This document shows positions 8,685-18,797 of a DNA stretch of 45,524 nucleotides, one piece after another; positions within the stretch are counted from its first letter, which is position 1; every line of letters begins with the position of its first letter. The stretch covers positions 1 to 45,524 of the forward strand of contig JAVZCX010000002.1 of the NCBI GenBank assembly GCA_038874185.1, written 5' to 3'. The DNA is from Candidatus Micrarchaeia archaeon (GTDB lineage: Archaea > Micrarchaeota > Micrarchaeia > CABMEP01). A program made the translations under genes and the position numbers. Under the pieces are notes generated by a model. That model was not told the origin of the DNA. It saw only the letters and a program-made list of their open reading frames with translations, and ran no database searches.

Positions 8685-11054
8685 ATGGGTAAAATAAAGG
8701 CTATTCTTGTTGATGTCGATGTAGTAAACAAAAACGGCAGAAGCATAATAAGACTAATTTTGAAAAGAAAGAAAATGTTCAGATTATACGACAAAGAGTT
8801 TTATCCTTATTTTTACATAGAAACCGAACAAGAAATAAAGAAAGGGATTTATAACGGGATAGAAATAATTGATGTTGGGGAAGAAAAAAAACGAATAGGG
8901 CATGAGCAGAGGGTTTTGAAAAAGATAACTTGTAGCGACCCAAAGGAAGTGCCGATCCTTGCAAAACTATTTAGTGAATTTGGAAAGATCTATGAAAAAG
9001 ATATTAAATTCAATAAAAGATACCTTATTGACAAAAATCTAAGGCCCATGAATACTGTTGAAATAGAATACGAAGGCAAATATGTAAAAAACATAAAAGA
9101 TATTGGAAATATAATTGATGTTAATTCATTGAATGCTCTGACTTTTGATATAGAGGTATATAATCCACATGGAATACCTAGAGAAGATGAAGATCCAGCC
9201 ATAATCATAAGCTATGCCGATGACAAAACAGCTGGGGCAATCACTTGGAAAAATGGAAAAACTGAGAATGTTTCAATTGTAAAAGACGAAAAGGAGATGA
9301 TTGAAAAATTCTGTAATCTGATCGAAGAGAAAGAAGTAGATATTCTTGCAGGATACAATTCCTCTGTTTTTGACATACCTTATCTGAAGGCCAGGGCTAA
9401 GGAACTTGGGATAAAGCTTAGACTGGGTAGAGGAAGAAGCGAACCGAAAATAAAGAGAATTGGAATGACAACCCATTCCAAACTTGAGGGAAGAGTGCAT
9501 TCTGATGTTTATTATCTAGTAAGAATCCTTGCTGCTGCGCAGGCAATCAAGCTTGAAAGGCATACTCTTGAAGAGGTTTACAAAGAGCTAGTAGGTGGAG
9601 ATAATTGGAAAGTAGACATGCTCTCAATATATCAGATGTGGGATGATGAAAATAAAAGAACAGAATTATTGGAGTATGCTATAAAAGATGCAAAGGCGGC
9701 GCATGAGATTTTCAAGAAACTTTATCCCTTAGAAGTGGAGTTGGCTAGACTTACTAAGATAACCCTTCCTAATATAAGCGGTTCTACAACAGGACAGATG
9801 GTAGAATCCTTGCTTATGGATGAAAGCTATAAACGAGGATATCTTATACCTCAAAAGCCTAGCTGGGCTCAAGATTTTTCAAAGCCCATACAAGGGGCTT
9901 ATGTAAAGCTTCCGTCTCCAGGAATATATGAAAAGATTGCTGTATTTGATTTCAGAAGCCTGTATCCTTCTATAATAACTTCTCACAACATTGATCCCTA
10001 TACTATTAACTGCGGCCATGAAGAATGCAAGAATGGGAGAAATAAGGCTCCAAATGGATTTTACTTCTGCGAAAAGGAAAAGGGTTTGGTTCCTTCTGCC
10101 ATACTTCATCTTTTAGAGCTTAGAAAGAAAATAAAGAAAGAACTTAAGGAAGCACAAAAATCTGGAAATGAAAAGGAGGTCAGCACACTCAATGCCAGAG
10201 TGGCTGCCTTAAAAATCGTATTGAATACTGTGTATGGAATGCTTAATTATCCAAAATCAAGGTGGTATTCAAGAGAATGCGCAGAATCAATAACTGCATT
10301 TGGAAGAAATTACATTCAAGAAGTGGGAAGAAGAGCTGAAGAAAAAGGATTTAAGGTTCTTTACAGCGACACAGACAGCATATTTCTTCTTCTTGAAAAT
10401 AAGACAGAAGAAAATGCTATCAATTTTATGGAAGAAATAAACAAGACGCTCCCTGAAACCATGGAGTTAGAATTAGAAAATATCTATAAAAGAGGGGTTT
10501 TTGTATCTAAGAAGCAAGAGAAAGAAACAGGGGCGAAAAAGAAGTATGCATTGGTTACAGAAGATGGCAAAATCAAGATAAGAGGATTTGAGCTTGTAAG
10601 GAGAGATTGGTCTAAGATAGCAAGAGAAACACAGAGAAAAGTTTTAGAGGCAATATTGATAGATGGCAGCAAGGAAAAGGCACTTTCCATAGTGAAGGAA
10701 GTTATTGAAAAACTAAACAAAGGTAATGTGTCAAAAGATGATTTGATTATTTATACACAACTTAGAAAAGAAGAATATGAAGTTCTTTCTCCAGAAATTT
10801 CAGCTGTTGAAAAGGCAAGAAAGAGAGGGATTGAAATAAGGCCTGGATCCATTGTAGGGTATATAATAACTAAAAAAGGAAATAGCATATCTGAAAAGGC
10901 AGAAATAGCTGAATTTGCTGATGATTATGATGCTGAATATTATATCCATAATCAAGTGCTTCCTGCTGTAATGAAAATAATTGGTGAGTTGGGTTACAGT
11001 GAGGAAGACATAATATTTGAAGGGAAACAATCTTCTCTTTCAGATTGGATGTAA
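8685..11054 (+). CDS. polB: Family B DNA polymerase
   Basis: 789 aa. Exonuclease motifs are FDIEVY and YNSSVFDIPYL. Polymerase motifs are SLYPSIITSHN, LNTVYG and YSDTDS. No intein is present. Confidence 0.93.
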   Translation: MGKIKAILVDVDVVNKNGRSIIRLILKRKKMFRLYDKEFYPYFYIETEQEIKKGIYNGIEIIDVGEEKKRIGHEQRVLKKITCSDPKEVPILAKLFSEFGKIYEKDIKFNKRYLIDKNLRPMNTVEIEYEGKYVKNIKDIGNIIDVNSLNALTFDIEVYNPHGIPREDEDPAIIISYADDKTAGAITWKNGKTENVSIVKDEKEMIEKFCNLIEEKEVDILAGYNSSVFDIPYLKARAKELGIKLRLGRGRSEPKIKRIGMTTHSKLEGRVHSDVYYLVRILAAAQAIKLERHTLEEVYKELVGGDNWKVDMLSIYQMWDDENKRTELLEYAIKDAKAAHEIFKKLYPLEVELARLTKITLPNISGSTTGQMVESLLMDESYKRGYLIPQKPSWAQDFSKPIQGAYVKLPSPGIYEKIAVFDFRSLYPSIITSHNIDPYTINCGHEECKNGRNKAPNGFYFCEKEKGLVPSAILHLLELRKKIKKELKEAQKSGNEKEVSTLNARVAALKIVLNTVYGMLNYPKSRWYSRECAESITAFGRNYIQEVGRRAEEKGFKVLYSDTDSIFLLLENKTEENAINFMEEINKTLPETMELELENIYKRGVFVSKKQEKETGAKKKYALVTEDGKIKIRGFELVRRDWSKIARETQRKVLEAILIDGSKEKALSIVKEVIEKLNKGNVSKDDLIIYTQLRKEEYEVLSPEISAVEKARKRGIEIRPGSIVGYIITKKGNSISEKAEIAEFADDYDAEYYIHNQVLPAVMKIIGELGYSEEDIIFEGKQSSLSDWM

Positions 11055-11070
11055 TTAAAAAGGTGAATAT

Positions 11071-11976
11071 ATGGATGAATTCTATGAAGATTATAGCGAG
11101 GAAGATAAGATAAAAAATACTATCGAGGCTGGAAAGATTGCAGGAAAAATAAGGGATTCTATTAAAATAAAAGAAGGGGATTCAATACTGAAACTATGTG
11201 ATTCGCTTGAAAAGAAAATGGAGGAGATGGGCGGGGGATATGCTTTTCCAGTAAACGTCTCAATAAACGAAATAACAGCACATGATACTGCATCTGTAAA
11301 TGATGATAGGGTATTTGCAAAGGATGATTTAGTAAAGATAGATATCGGGGTTCACAAAGAAGGCTTCATTGCAGATGGCTCAATCACAATAGACCTAAGT
11401 GGAGAACATGGAAAGATGATTGATGCCACAAAAGAAGCATTAGAAAACGCAGTATCAAAAATAAAGGCTGGAATATCAACATCAGAAATAGGAAAAGAAA
11501 TTGAAAACACTTTGAAGAAAAATGGATTCAAACCTATAGATAATTTGACTGGTCATGGCCTTGATAGATATGTAATTCATTGTGATCCGATAATACCTAA
11601 TTTTGAAACAAAGAAAGGATCCATATTGAATGAAGGGGACATCATCGCAATAGAGCCTTTCGTAACCTATGGCAACGCGGCAGGGCATGTAAGTGAAATG
11701 GATAGGTGTGAAATATTCAGCGCGCACAGTTTTGAGGCTACTAGAAATCGAGAAGCTAGAAAAATGATGGAAAGGATTGTTATGGAGAGAAAAACAATGC
11801 CATTTGCTGAAAGACACTATGTAAATACACAGGCTGAAAAAATCGCATTGATGGAGCTTATTAGAAATGGTTCTTTAATGGCCTATCCTGTTCTAAGGGA
11901 AGTGAGCAAAAGCAAGGTTGCACAGTTTGAGCATACAGTTGTGGTGGGAAAGGATTCTGCAGAGATTGTATTCTAA
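11071..11976 (+). CDS. map: Methionine aminopeptidase, type 2 (archaeal)
   Basis: 301 aa with pita-bread fold strings KIDIGVH, TGHGL, IIAIEPF and QFEHTVVV. Confidence 0.88.
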   Translation: MDEFYEDYSEEDKIKNTIEAGKIAGKIRDSIKIKEGDSILKLCDSLEKKMEEMGGGYAFPVNVSINEITAHDTASVNDDRVFAKDDLVKIDIGVHKEGFIADGSITIDLSGEHGKMIDATKEALENAVSKIKAGISTSEIGKEIENTLKKNGFKPIDNLTGHGLDRYVIHCDPIIPNFETKKGSILNEGDIIAIEPFVTYGNAAGHVSEMDRCEIFSAHSFEATRNREARKMMERIVMERKTMPFAERHYVNTQAEKIALMELIRNGSLMAYPVLREVSKSKVAQFEHTVVVGKDSAEIVF

Positions 11977-12064
11977 GTTCTTAAATTATCTCAAATCAAA
12001 ATTTTCTAGATTAATTCTACGTAAACATCAAAGATTTTAAAAAACCAACCAAAGATATATACAT

Positions 12065-12787
12065 ATGACAAAAATAGTTGAAGTTTCGCCTATTAAACTA
12101 AAAAATCCAATATTAATAGAAGGATTCCCAGGAGTTGGGATGATTGGAACCATCGCAGCAATGCATTTGGTTAAGGAATGGGATATGGAATTGGTTGGAT
12201 ACATTGATTCCGAGGCGTTTCCACCATTATGTACTGTCCATAACGAAGAACCCTTGCCTGCTGCAAGGATATATCAATCTAAAAAATATAATCTACTCGT
12301 CTTGTTTTCAGAGTTTGTCATACCAATCTCTGCAGTAAGCTCTGTTGCGAATGAGATTGTCTTGTGGGGAGAGGATAAGAAACTCAGTGCGATTATATCT
12401 CTCGGTGGAGTAGGGATCGAAGCTTCGAAGGAAACTGTATTCGGGATTGCATCCACAGAAGGTCTGAAAAATGATCTGAAAGATGCAGGCGTGACTATAG
12501 TAAAAGAAGGGGTAACAACTGGTGTAACTGGTTTGATATTGGCAAATGCATATGTAAGAAAATTCCCTGCTGCCGCAATCCTTACATCCAGCAGAGGTAT
12601 GAACATCAACTTAATAGGGGCAGCCAAGGTCCTTGACAAACTAAGTGAATTGCTACATATAAAAATAGATACAGAAAAACTAAAGAAAGAAGGAGAAGAA
12701 ATAGAAGAAAAACTAAAGAAATTGATAAAAGACAGCAAAGAAGCCAAGAAAACATACGAACAGATACAATCTCCGATGTATAGATAG
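12065..12787 (+). CDS. Proteasome assembly chaperone family protein (PAC2/COG1938-like)
   Basis: 240 aa with an N-terminal LIEGFPGVGMIG motif and a C-terminal charged tail, as in archaeal PbaA/PbaB-like proteins. Confidence 0.7.
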   Translation: MTKIVEVSPIKLKNPILIEGFPGVGMIGTIAAMHLVKEWDMELVGYIDSEAFPPLCTVHNEEPLPAARIYQSKKYNLLVLFSEFVIPISAVSSVANEIVLWGEDKKLSAIISLGGVGIEASKETVFGIASTEGLKNDLKDAGVTIVKEGVTTGVTGLILANAYVRKFPAAAILTSSRGMNINLIGAAKVLDKLSELLHIKIDTEKLKKEGEEIEEKLKKLIKDSKEAKKTYEQIQSPMYR

Positions 12788-12861
12788 GTTTTTTATTTTC
12801 GTAATTGATATAGCTATAACATATGAGATGGAAGGCTTAAGCGCAAAATTATTACAAACAT

Positions 12862-12948
12862 GCAGGGGTGCCCGAGCTTGGTCTAAAGGGTAGGGCTTAG
12901 GACCCTATGCGCGTAGGCGCTTCGTGGGTTCAAATCCCACCCCCTGCA
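12862..12948 (+). tRNA. tRNA-Leu(UAG), class II, no intron
   Basis: Acceptor GCAGGGG/CCCCTGC. Anticodon arm TAGGG-CTTAGGA-CCCTA. Long variable arm GCGC-GTAG-GCGC. T arm GTGGG-TTCAAAT-CCCAC. Discriminator A. Confidence 0.9.
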
Positions 12949-14120
12949 TTTTTATTTTTATTATCATTCGTTTTATTCTCAATTCTTTGCAAGGCAATCT
13001 TCATCGCCGCATCTCTAGGCTTTATCCCTTCTTTTCTGGATAAAACCAATACTTTCTTTACATTGGATGTTATTTTTTTCTCTACTATTTTGAACATTTC
13101 GTCTGGTGTTTTTCCTTTGTATTCTGCATAGGAAGAGATTACGCCTCCTGCATTTGCAACAAAATCTGGAATAACAAGTATTCCCTTTTTATACAGTATC
13201 TCTTCGTATTCTGGTTTAGTAGGGATGTTAGAGCCTTCAACGATTATTTTGGCGCGTATCTTATCCACATTGTCCTTGTTTATTACATCGGGCACTGCTG
13301 CAGTAATTAATATATCTACATCTAGTTCAAAAAGATCTGAAGTCTTAAGTATTTCGCCTGGTTTATAATTAATAACACTTCCTGTCTCTTTCTTTACTTT
13401 TTCCAGCTCCTGAAAATTTATTCCTTCTGGATTATAAAGGGTGCCTTTACTGTCGCTTATTGCAACAAGCTTTGCTCCTTTTTCTATCATGTGTTTTGCT
13501 GCAAAATATCCAACATTTCCAAATCCCTCAACTGCGAAGGATGTTTCTTTCACATTCATTTTCTTGAAATCCATTCCCACTAATGCAGCCTGACAAACTC
13601 CAAAGCCAGTTGAGCCATACTCATGCGGAATCCCGCATTTCTTGCCGTCCTTGCCTATGCACATTCCTTTCGGCTTCCCTGTTGCTGCTTTCCAAGAACC
13701 GTTTGCCTCCACAAACCATCTCATCTCTTCCTCTCCAGTATTCATGTCCGGCCCTGCAACATACTCCCTTGGACATATAGACTTGATTGCCTTTGAAAAA
13801 GCAACTATGTACTCCTTTTTTCTTGCTGGATCCTTGATTACATCTGCAGGAGCTAATATGCCGGATTTTGCTCCTCCGAAAGGAAGCCCTGCTAGGGAAT
13901 TTTTCAAGGTCATAGCTCTTGCAAGCCTGGCAACCTCTTCGATTGTAATTGTTGGAGTCATTCTGATTCCGCCCTTTCCAACGCCCAATGCTGTATTGTC
14001 TATTACAACCCAACCTTTCATTCCTGTTTTTTTATCTGAAACAATAAGTATTTTTTCTGGACCTAAATTGTCAAAATCTAACCTTCCCAAATCCATTTTC
14101 CCACCATTTATAACCATCAA
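12930..14120 (-). CDS. gdhA: Glutamate (Glu/Leu/Phe/Val family) dehydrogenase
   Basis: 396 aa with GLPFGGAKSGI (catalytic Lys box) and a GFGNVG dinucleotide fold. The last 19 nt, including the stop codon, lie antisense to tRNA-Leu. Confidence 0.88.
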   Translation of the reverse strand: MMVINGGKMDLGRLDFDNLGPEKILIVSDKKTGMKGWVVIDNTALGVGKGGIRMTPTITIEEVARLARAMTLKNSLAGLPFGGAKSGILAPADVIKDPARKKEYIVAFSKAIKSICPREYVAGPDMNTGEEEMRWFVEANGSWKAATGKPKGMCIGKDGKKCGIPHEYGSTGFGVCQAALVGMDFKKMNVKETSFAVEGFGNVGYFAAKHMIEKGAKLVAISDSKGTLYNPEGINFQELEKVKKETGSVINYKPGEILKTSDLFELDVDILITAAVPDVINKDNVDKIRAKIIVEGSNIPTKPEYEEILYKKGILVIPDFVANAGGVISSYAEYKGKTPDEMFKIVEKKITSNVKKVLVLSRKEGIKPRDAAMKIALQRIENKTNDNKNKNAGGGI

Positions 14121-14121
14121 T

Positions 14122-14724
14122 TTATTGCGAATCCTGTTGTTTCCTGCAGAATGTTAGATATGCAGTATGTGTGATTCCTGTATTCTGCGGTCTTGTGCCC
14201 CTTTCTCTTGAAATAATCTCTCGTATTATTACTTCTATAGTGAATGAAACGAAATTATTCTTTGCTGCTGCAGAAACAAATTTTGAGACTTGCTCTGCAT
14301 GGGGGAGATATGCAACTATGTATCCTTTTTCACTTAGCTTAAATTTTGATTCGAAAATCAGCTCTGGATTCGGCAGATCCAGATTAACAATGTCTATCTC
14401 TTCCTCTATTTTGGAGATTTCTTCAAAAACTGAACCGAACTCATGTATGATATTTGTAAGGCCTGAACGTTTTATGTTTTTTTCTGAAAAGTCATAGAAT
14501 TCTTTTTTGTTCTCGTATGAATAAACTTTTTTCGCTATGGAAGCGAAGAATACGGTTGCGAACCCGCTTCCCGTACCTGCATCAACGACTATGCTTTCCT
14601 TGTTCATTCCAGTAAATGCGACTATCGCTCCCAAATCCTTTGGAAGTATTACTTGCGGTCCACGCTTTAGCTTCTGAAGCTGGGGTGGAAACCTGAAATC
14701 ATAATTTTTCTTGCGCCTTGCCAT
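14122..14724 (-). CDS. trmI: SAM-dependent tRNA methyltransferase, TrmI/Gcd14-like
   Basis: 200 aa. PQVILPKDLGAIVAFTGM followed by VVDAGTGSGF resembles tRNA (adenine-N1)-methyltransferase. It is shorter than canonical TrmI. Confidence 0.65.
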   Translation of the reverse strand: MARRKKNYDFRFPPQLQKLKRGPQVILPKDLGAIVAFTGMNKESIVVDAGTGSGFATVFFASIAKKVYSYENKKEFYDFSEKNIKRSGLTNIIHEFGSVFEEISKIEEEIDIVNLDLPNPELIFESKFKLSEKGYIVAYLPHAEQVSKFVSAAAKNNFVSFTIEVIIREIISRERGTRPQNTGITHTAYLTFCRKQQDSQ

Positions 14725-14788
14725 AAAATAAATATAATGATAATATTTTAATGCCTTTACTGCTATAATATTATACTTCTATATGTCT

Positions 14789-14860
14789 GCCTCAGTAGCT
14801 CAGGGGTAGAGCGCTACCTTGGTAAGGTAGAGGTCGCGAGTTCGATTCTCGCCTGAGGCT
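14789..14860 (+). tRNA. tRNA-Thr(GGU), no intron
   Basis: GCCTCAG-TA-GCTC-AGGGGTA-GAGC-G-CTACC-TTGGTAA-GGTAG-AGGTC-GCGAG-TTCGATT-CTCGC-CTGAGGC-T. Confidence 0.92.
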
Positions 14861-14892
14861 TATACTCTTAATTTCTTAATTCTTATTTTAGT

Positions 14893-16587
14893 CTATAAAA
14901 TAATGAATTCCTTTCCAAAATTGAAAAGAAATAAAACCAAAGGAAGAAGCAGAATAAAATACCCGATAAATGTCCTCACTCTTCCTTCCTGCATTGCTAT
15001 AAATATAGAAGATAATACCACATAAATAATTAGATATACTTGTGCTGCGTGGTTAGCAACGCTTAATATTTGAGATCTATATTCTAGTGTAGCTGCATCT
15101 CCGTTTAACGGTTGAATACCTGAGATTAAGTTTAAAATTACGGATAGAATTATAGGAACAAAGATACATCCTCCAAGAAGAATGGTGTACTTCTGTAGCG
15201 CTAAAGAAGAAGCTTGCTCCTTTTTAAGCATGTTCAATTCGAATATGTCTTCTGCGGTTTCTTTTATCCCCTTATGGACATCTTTTCCTGTCTTGTAACA
15301 TTGTATAAGAAGAGATATTACTCTGTCTAATAGAAGCGAACTGTTTCTATCTTTCATATTGAGAAGAGAATGACTTACGCTTATTCCAACTTTTATCTGC
15401 CGCTCTGCTTTTTTGAATTCATCTGACAAGGATCTGTATCCTGCGTTTGCTATGTTTTCTATTATTCGTTCCATTGGAATTCCTAATTCAAGTGTTGCAG
15501 CATACATCAGCGCATCTGGAAGATACTGTTCTATCTCATTCGCTCTCATCTCAATCATCCAGAGCAAAATAAAATATGCTAGTAGTGGGAGAAGAAGGAA
15601 AAGTAGGGAGTAGTAATTTACTTGGAAATAAAAAATAATTGCTAGCATTACTGAAAGCAATGTTAGATAAATCATAAAATTTCTAAACCTCAGATTTATT
15701 TTCATATTTTTCAACTGCTCATCAAGCATTGTTTCCTCTTTTTTTGAGAGAAATTTTTCTGATAAGTTTGAAAGGACTGCAGGGGTTGCGTATTTTATGT
15801 AAACTATCAGCAAAATATTGATTAAAGGGAAGATTACGACAAATGCAAACCAAATGTCTCCAATGGAAGTTTGTGTTTCTAAATATGTGCTTGCCACAAT
15901 AATATATGCCAAATACATCGTAGGCGCTATGGAGGATATGGCTATAAACATGAGACTAAGAAAGCTTAATTTTGCAGAGAATTCTTTGAATTTGAATCTT
16001 TGCGCATGGATAAGCTCGTCCGCGCTGTGTTTTAATTCTGTACCGTCCATTCCTTCAAGATAAACATGTATCAACTGCACCATTAGTTTCTTTACCGTCT
16101 GCGAATCTACCCTTTCTGTTACTTGCCTTAGTGCATCTGGGATTGGTGTTCCTCCATCTATCATATTTACTACTTTTTTGAATTCTGAAGAGCATTTATA
16201 ATTGGAATTTGCTATGTTTTCCAAAGCAGTTTCAAATGGTACTTTCATATTAAGTTGAATTCCTATGGACCTTATTGCAATGGGAAGATCTGATTCTATC
16301 TGCGCTGCTCTTGCCTTTGCTATAGAAGAAGGGATCTTTTTGAAAATAAGGAAATACGCAAGAAAAAGCATTGCGAAAATAAGGATTAAAGTAATATAGT
16401 CAAATGAAGTACTTAAAGTAGAAATAAAAAAGGTGGATGATGCGCCTAAAAATAATGAAACTAAAAGCGAGTAGGCGATGTATTTTGAAGGTGAGATTTC
16501 CAAATCTGCACGGTATAAGTTGATCCCTACCTCTTTTTTGATCGAATCGAAATAGGCACCGAGCGCGCTATAAGATTTCCTTCTCAC
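14893..16587 (-). CDS. Type IV pilus/archaellum-like platform membrane protein (FlaJ/TadC, T2SS-F family)
   Basis: 564-aa polytopic membrane protein with two cytoplasmic helical domains. It lies immediately downstream of the secretion ATPase. Confidence 0.75.
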   Translation of the reverse strand: MRRKSYSALGAYFDSIKKEVGINLYRADLEISPSKYIAYSLLVSLFLGASSTFFISTLSTSFDYITLILIFAMLFLAYFLIFKKIPSSIAKARAAQIESDLPIAIRSIGIQLNMKVPFETALENIANSNYKCSSEFKKVVNMIDGGTPIPDALRQVTERVDSQTVKKLMVQLIHVYLEGMDGTELKHSADELIHAQRFKFKEFSAKLSFLSLMFIAISSIAPTMYLAYIIVASTYLETQTSIGDIWFAFVVIFPLINILLIVYIKYATPAVLSNLSEKFLSKKEETMLDEQLKNMKINLRFRNFMIYLTLLSVMLAIIFYFQVNYYSLLFLLLPLLAYFILLWMIEMRANEIEQYLPDALMYAATLELGIPMERIIENIANAGYRSLSDEFKKAERQIKVGISVSHSLLNMKDRNSSLLLDRVISLLIQCYKTGKDVHKGIKETAEDIFELNMLKKEQASSLALQKYTILLGGCIFVPIILSVILNLISGIQPLNGDAATLEYRSQILSVANHAAQVYLIIYVVLSSIFIAMQEGRVRTFIGYFILLLPLVLFLFNFGKEFIIL

Positions 16588-16657
16588 ATGCCCACCTTTA
16601 TAAAACTATGATAATAAATTTATTACAAAGTCCTAATTAAGTATGTTTAGTAGATAG

Positions 16658-18043
16658 TCATTGGTTTTCTGGATTGGAATTTACTGATAGTTTGATATTG
16701 GAAAAGAGTTTTTCCTGAAGTTTGAACACGAAATCATTGAATGGTAGCGTTTTGAATGAAGAAAGCAAATCTTTCCTAAACTTAAGTTCTTCCTCTAACT
16801 CTTTCTTGCTCATTCCGAAACTTGTGGCTATCTCTTCAAATCTTATCGATTTAGACGCGTCTCCCACCATACCGCCTGATTTTCTATCTATTTGGAATAT
16901 CTTATTGATTTCTCCTTCATGACTCATCTCTGCCAACTCTATTCCTTTTCTTTCTTCCCAATATCTTCTGGTATTTGAATCATACCTCATCAATCTTCTT
17001 TGTATCAAAATAAAATCAATTGAAGCCACATCATATTTAGAAACTCCTAGGGTTAGCATCCTTTTCACCGCTTCCTCGGAAGATTGCGCGTGGAAGGTTG
17101 CATAACTGCCTCTTGCTTGGCCACTGAGTATTGTTTCTATAAACGCAGATGTTTCTTCTTGCGTTCTTATCTCTCCTACGATTACACGATCCGGCCTCAT
17201 TCTTAGGCTGTCCTCAACAAGACTTTTCATGTTTATTTTTAACTCTGGATTAGAAAGGAGCTTTATTCTGTGTGGGTGTGGAATGTTTATTTCAGGAGTC
17301 TCTTCTATTATCAGAATTCGATCAGAAAGTGGAACGAAGGAAAACATTGCATTTAAAGTCGTTGTTTTTCCACTCGAAGTGTTGCCGGCTATCAGTATGT
17401 TGAAATCAGATTGAAAAACTAGCGAAAGGAAAGCTACTGAATCTAGTGAGTAGATATTTTTCTGAAATAGTTCAACTGGAGTAACTGGATTTGATCTGAA
17501 TTTCCTTATGGTCATCTCTAAATCAGATATTGGGGGAATCGAAGCATGCAGCCTTGAGCCGTCTGGAAGCACTGCATTAATCTTTGGATTTTGATATGTG
17601 ATTCTTCTTCCGACTTGCCTTGCTATCTTGTTTATAACTGAAATCGCAGTCTCTTGATTCCTGAATCTTAAATTAGATTCTAACCAGCCCTTATCTATAT
17701 GATAAATGTAGACTGGTTTGTCTATTCCTATAACTGCTATTTCTTCTATGTTGTTATCTTGTAAAAATTCTTCAATCCCACTAAAACCATATATATTATA
17801 CATCAGATAATTAACAAAATACTTCTCTTGATCCGGATCTAAAGATATATTGTGATATTTGCAATAGTCTATAAGAAGTTCCGCTATCTCCTTTCTTACG
17901 TTCTTAGAAGATATGTCTTTGTTTTTTGACTCTTCCTTGAAAAGTTTTGTCAGATCCACAATTATGTCTTCTTCTTCCTTTGAGATTGGAGGAATGGAAA
18001 GCGCATAATCCTTCTTTTCTTTAACTATCTCCCAACCAAGCAT
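16658..18043 (-). CDS. Type II/IV secretion system ATPase (FlaI/PilB/VirB11 family)
   Basis: 461 aa with Walker A AGNTSSGKTT, Walker B-like RILIIEETPE, RMRPDRVIVGEIR and a His box (ATFHA). Confidence 0.88.
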   Translation of the reverse strand: MLGWEIVKEKKDYALSIPPISKEEEDIIVDLTKLFKEESKNKDISSKNVRKEIAELLIDYCKYHNISLDPDQEKYFVNYLMYNIYGFSGIEEFLQDNNIEEIAVIGIDKPVYIYHIDKGWLESNLRFRNQETAISVINKIARQVGRRITYQNPKINAVLPDGSRLHASIPPISDLEMTIRKFRSNPVTPVELFQKNIYSLDSVAFLSLVFQSDFNILIAGNTSSGKTTTLNAMFSFVPLSDRILIIEETPEINIPHPHRIKLLSNPELKINMKSLVEDSLRMRPDRVIVGEIRTQEETSAFIETILSGQARGSYATFHAQSSEEAVKRMLTLGVSKYDVASIDFILIQRRLMRYDSNTRRYWEERKGIELAEMSHEGEINKIFQIDRKSGGMVGDASKSIRFEEIATSFGMSKKELEEELKFRKDLLSSFKTLPFNDFVFKLQEKLFSNIKLSVNSNPENQ

Positions 18044-18068
18044 ATACTCATCTTAGATGACACATATA

Positions 18069-18794
18069 TTATCTTCCAAATCTTCTCTCTCTTCTTTTAA
18101 TCTCCTCAATTGCATTATAAAAATCTTTCTTTGTTATATCTGGCCATAGCTTATCGCAGAAATATAATTCTGAATATACTGATTGCCAGGGCATGAAACC
18201 GCTTAATCTTTCTTCCCCGCCCGATCTAAAGATTATATCTGGGTCTCCCAAATGTGGAGCGTAAAGATAGTTTGAAAATTTGTCTTCGTCCACTTCTTTA
18301 AGTCTTCCTGATTTTGCATCTTTTATCATCTGATTTACTGCGTCTATTAGCTCCTTCCTTCCACCATAATTGCAGAATATTCCAAGTTTGTATTTCTTGT
18401 TTTTCGAAGTTAGTTTATGGATTTCGTTAATTTTATCGGTTATCTCTTTAGGAAAAGCTGAAAAATCTCCAACGAAAGTTATACTTATTTCTTTTCTTGC
18501 CTTTTCAAAATCCTTGGACTTCAGCATCTCATCTAGCATTTTATTGAATAAATCAAAAAGCGCATCTAATTCTTCTTTTGACCTTTTCATATTTTCTGTT
18601 GATAATATCCAGATTGATAGGGTGGTGACTTCTAAATCCTTACACCATTCAATTAGCTTCTTGAGCTTTTGTATCCCTGCCCAATGTCCTTCCTTTACGG
18701 ACTTTCCTTTTTTCCTTGCCCATCTTCTATTTCCGTCCGGGATGATAGCCAAATGAATGCCGCTCAAAAATTCACCTTTGAAAATATATATCAA
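18069..18794 (-). CDS. uppS: Undecaprenyl/di-trans,poly-cis-polyprenyl diphosphate synthase (cis-prenyltransferase)
   Basis: HLAIIPDGNRRWA, TLSIWILSTEN, ERLSGFMPWQS. Confidence 0.9.
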   Translation of the reverse strand: MIYIFKGEFLSGIHLAIIPDGNRRWARKKGKSVKEGHWAGIQKLKKLIEWCKDLEVTTLSIWILSTENMKRSKEELDALFDLFNKMLDEMLKSKDFEKARKEISITFVGDFSAFPKEITDKINEIHKLTSKNKKYKLGIFCNYGGRKELIDAVNQMIKDAKSGRLKEVDEDKFSNYLYAPHLGDPDIIFRSGGEERLSGFMPWQSVYSELYFCDKLWPDITKKDFYNAIEEIKRRERRFGR

Positions 18795-18797
18795 ACA

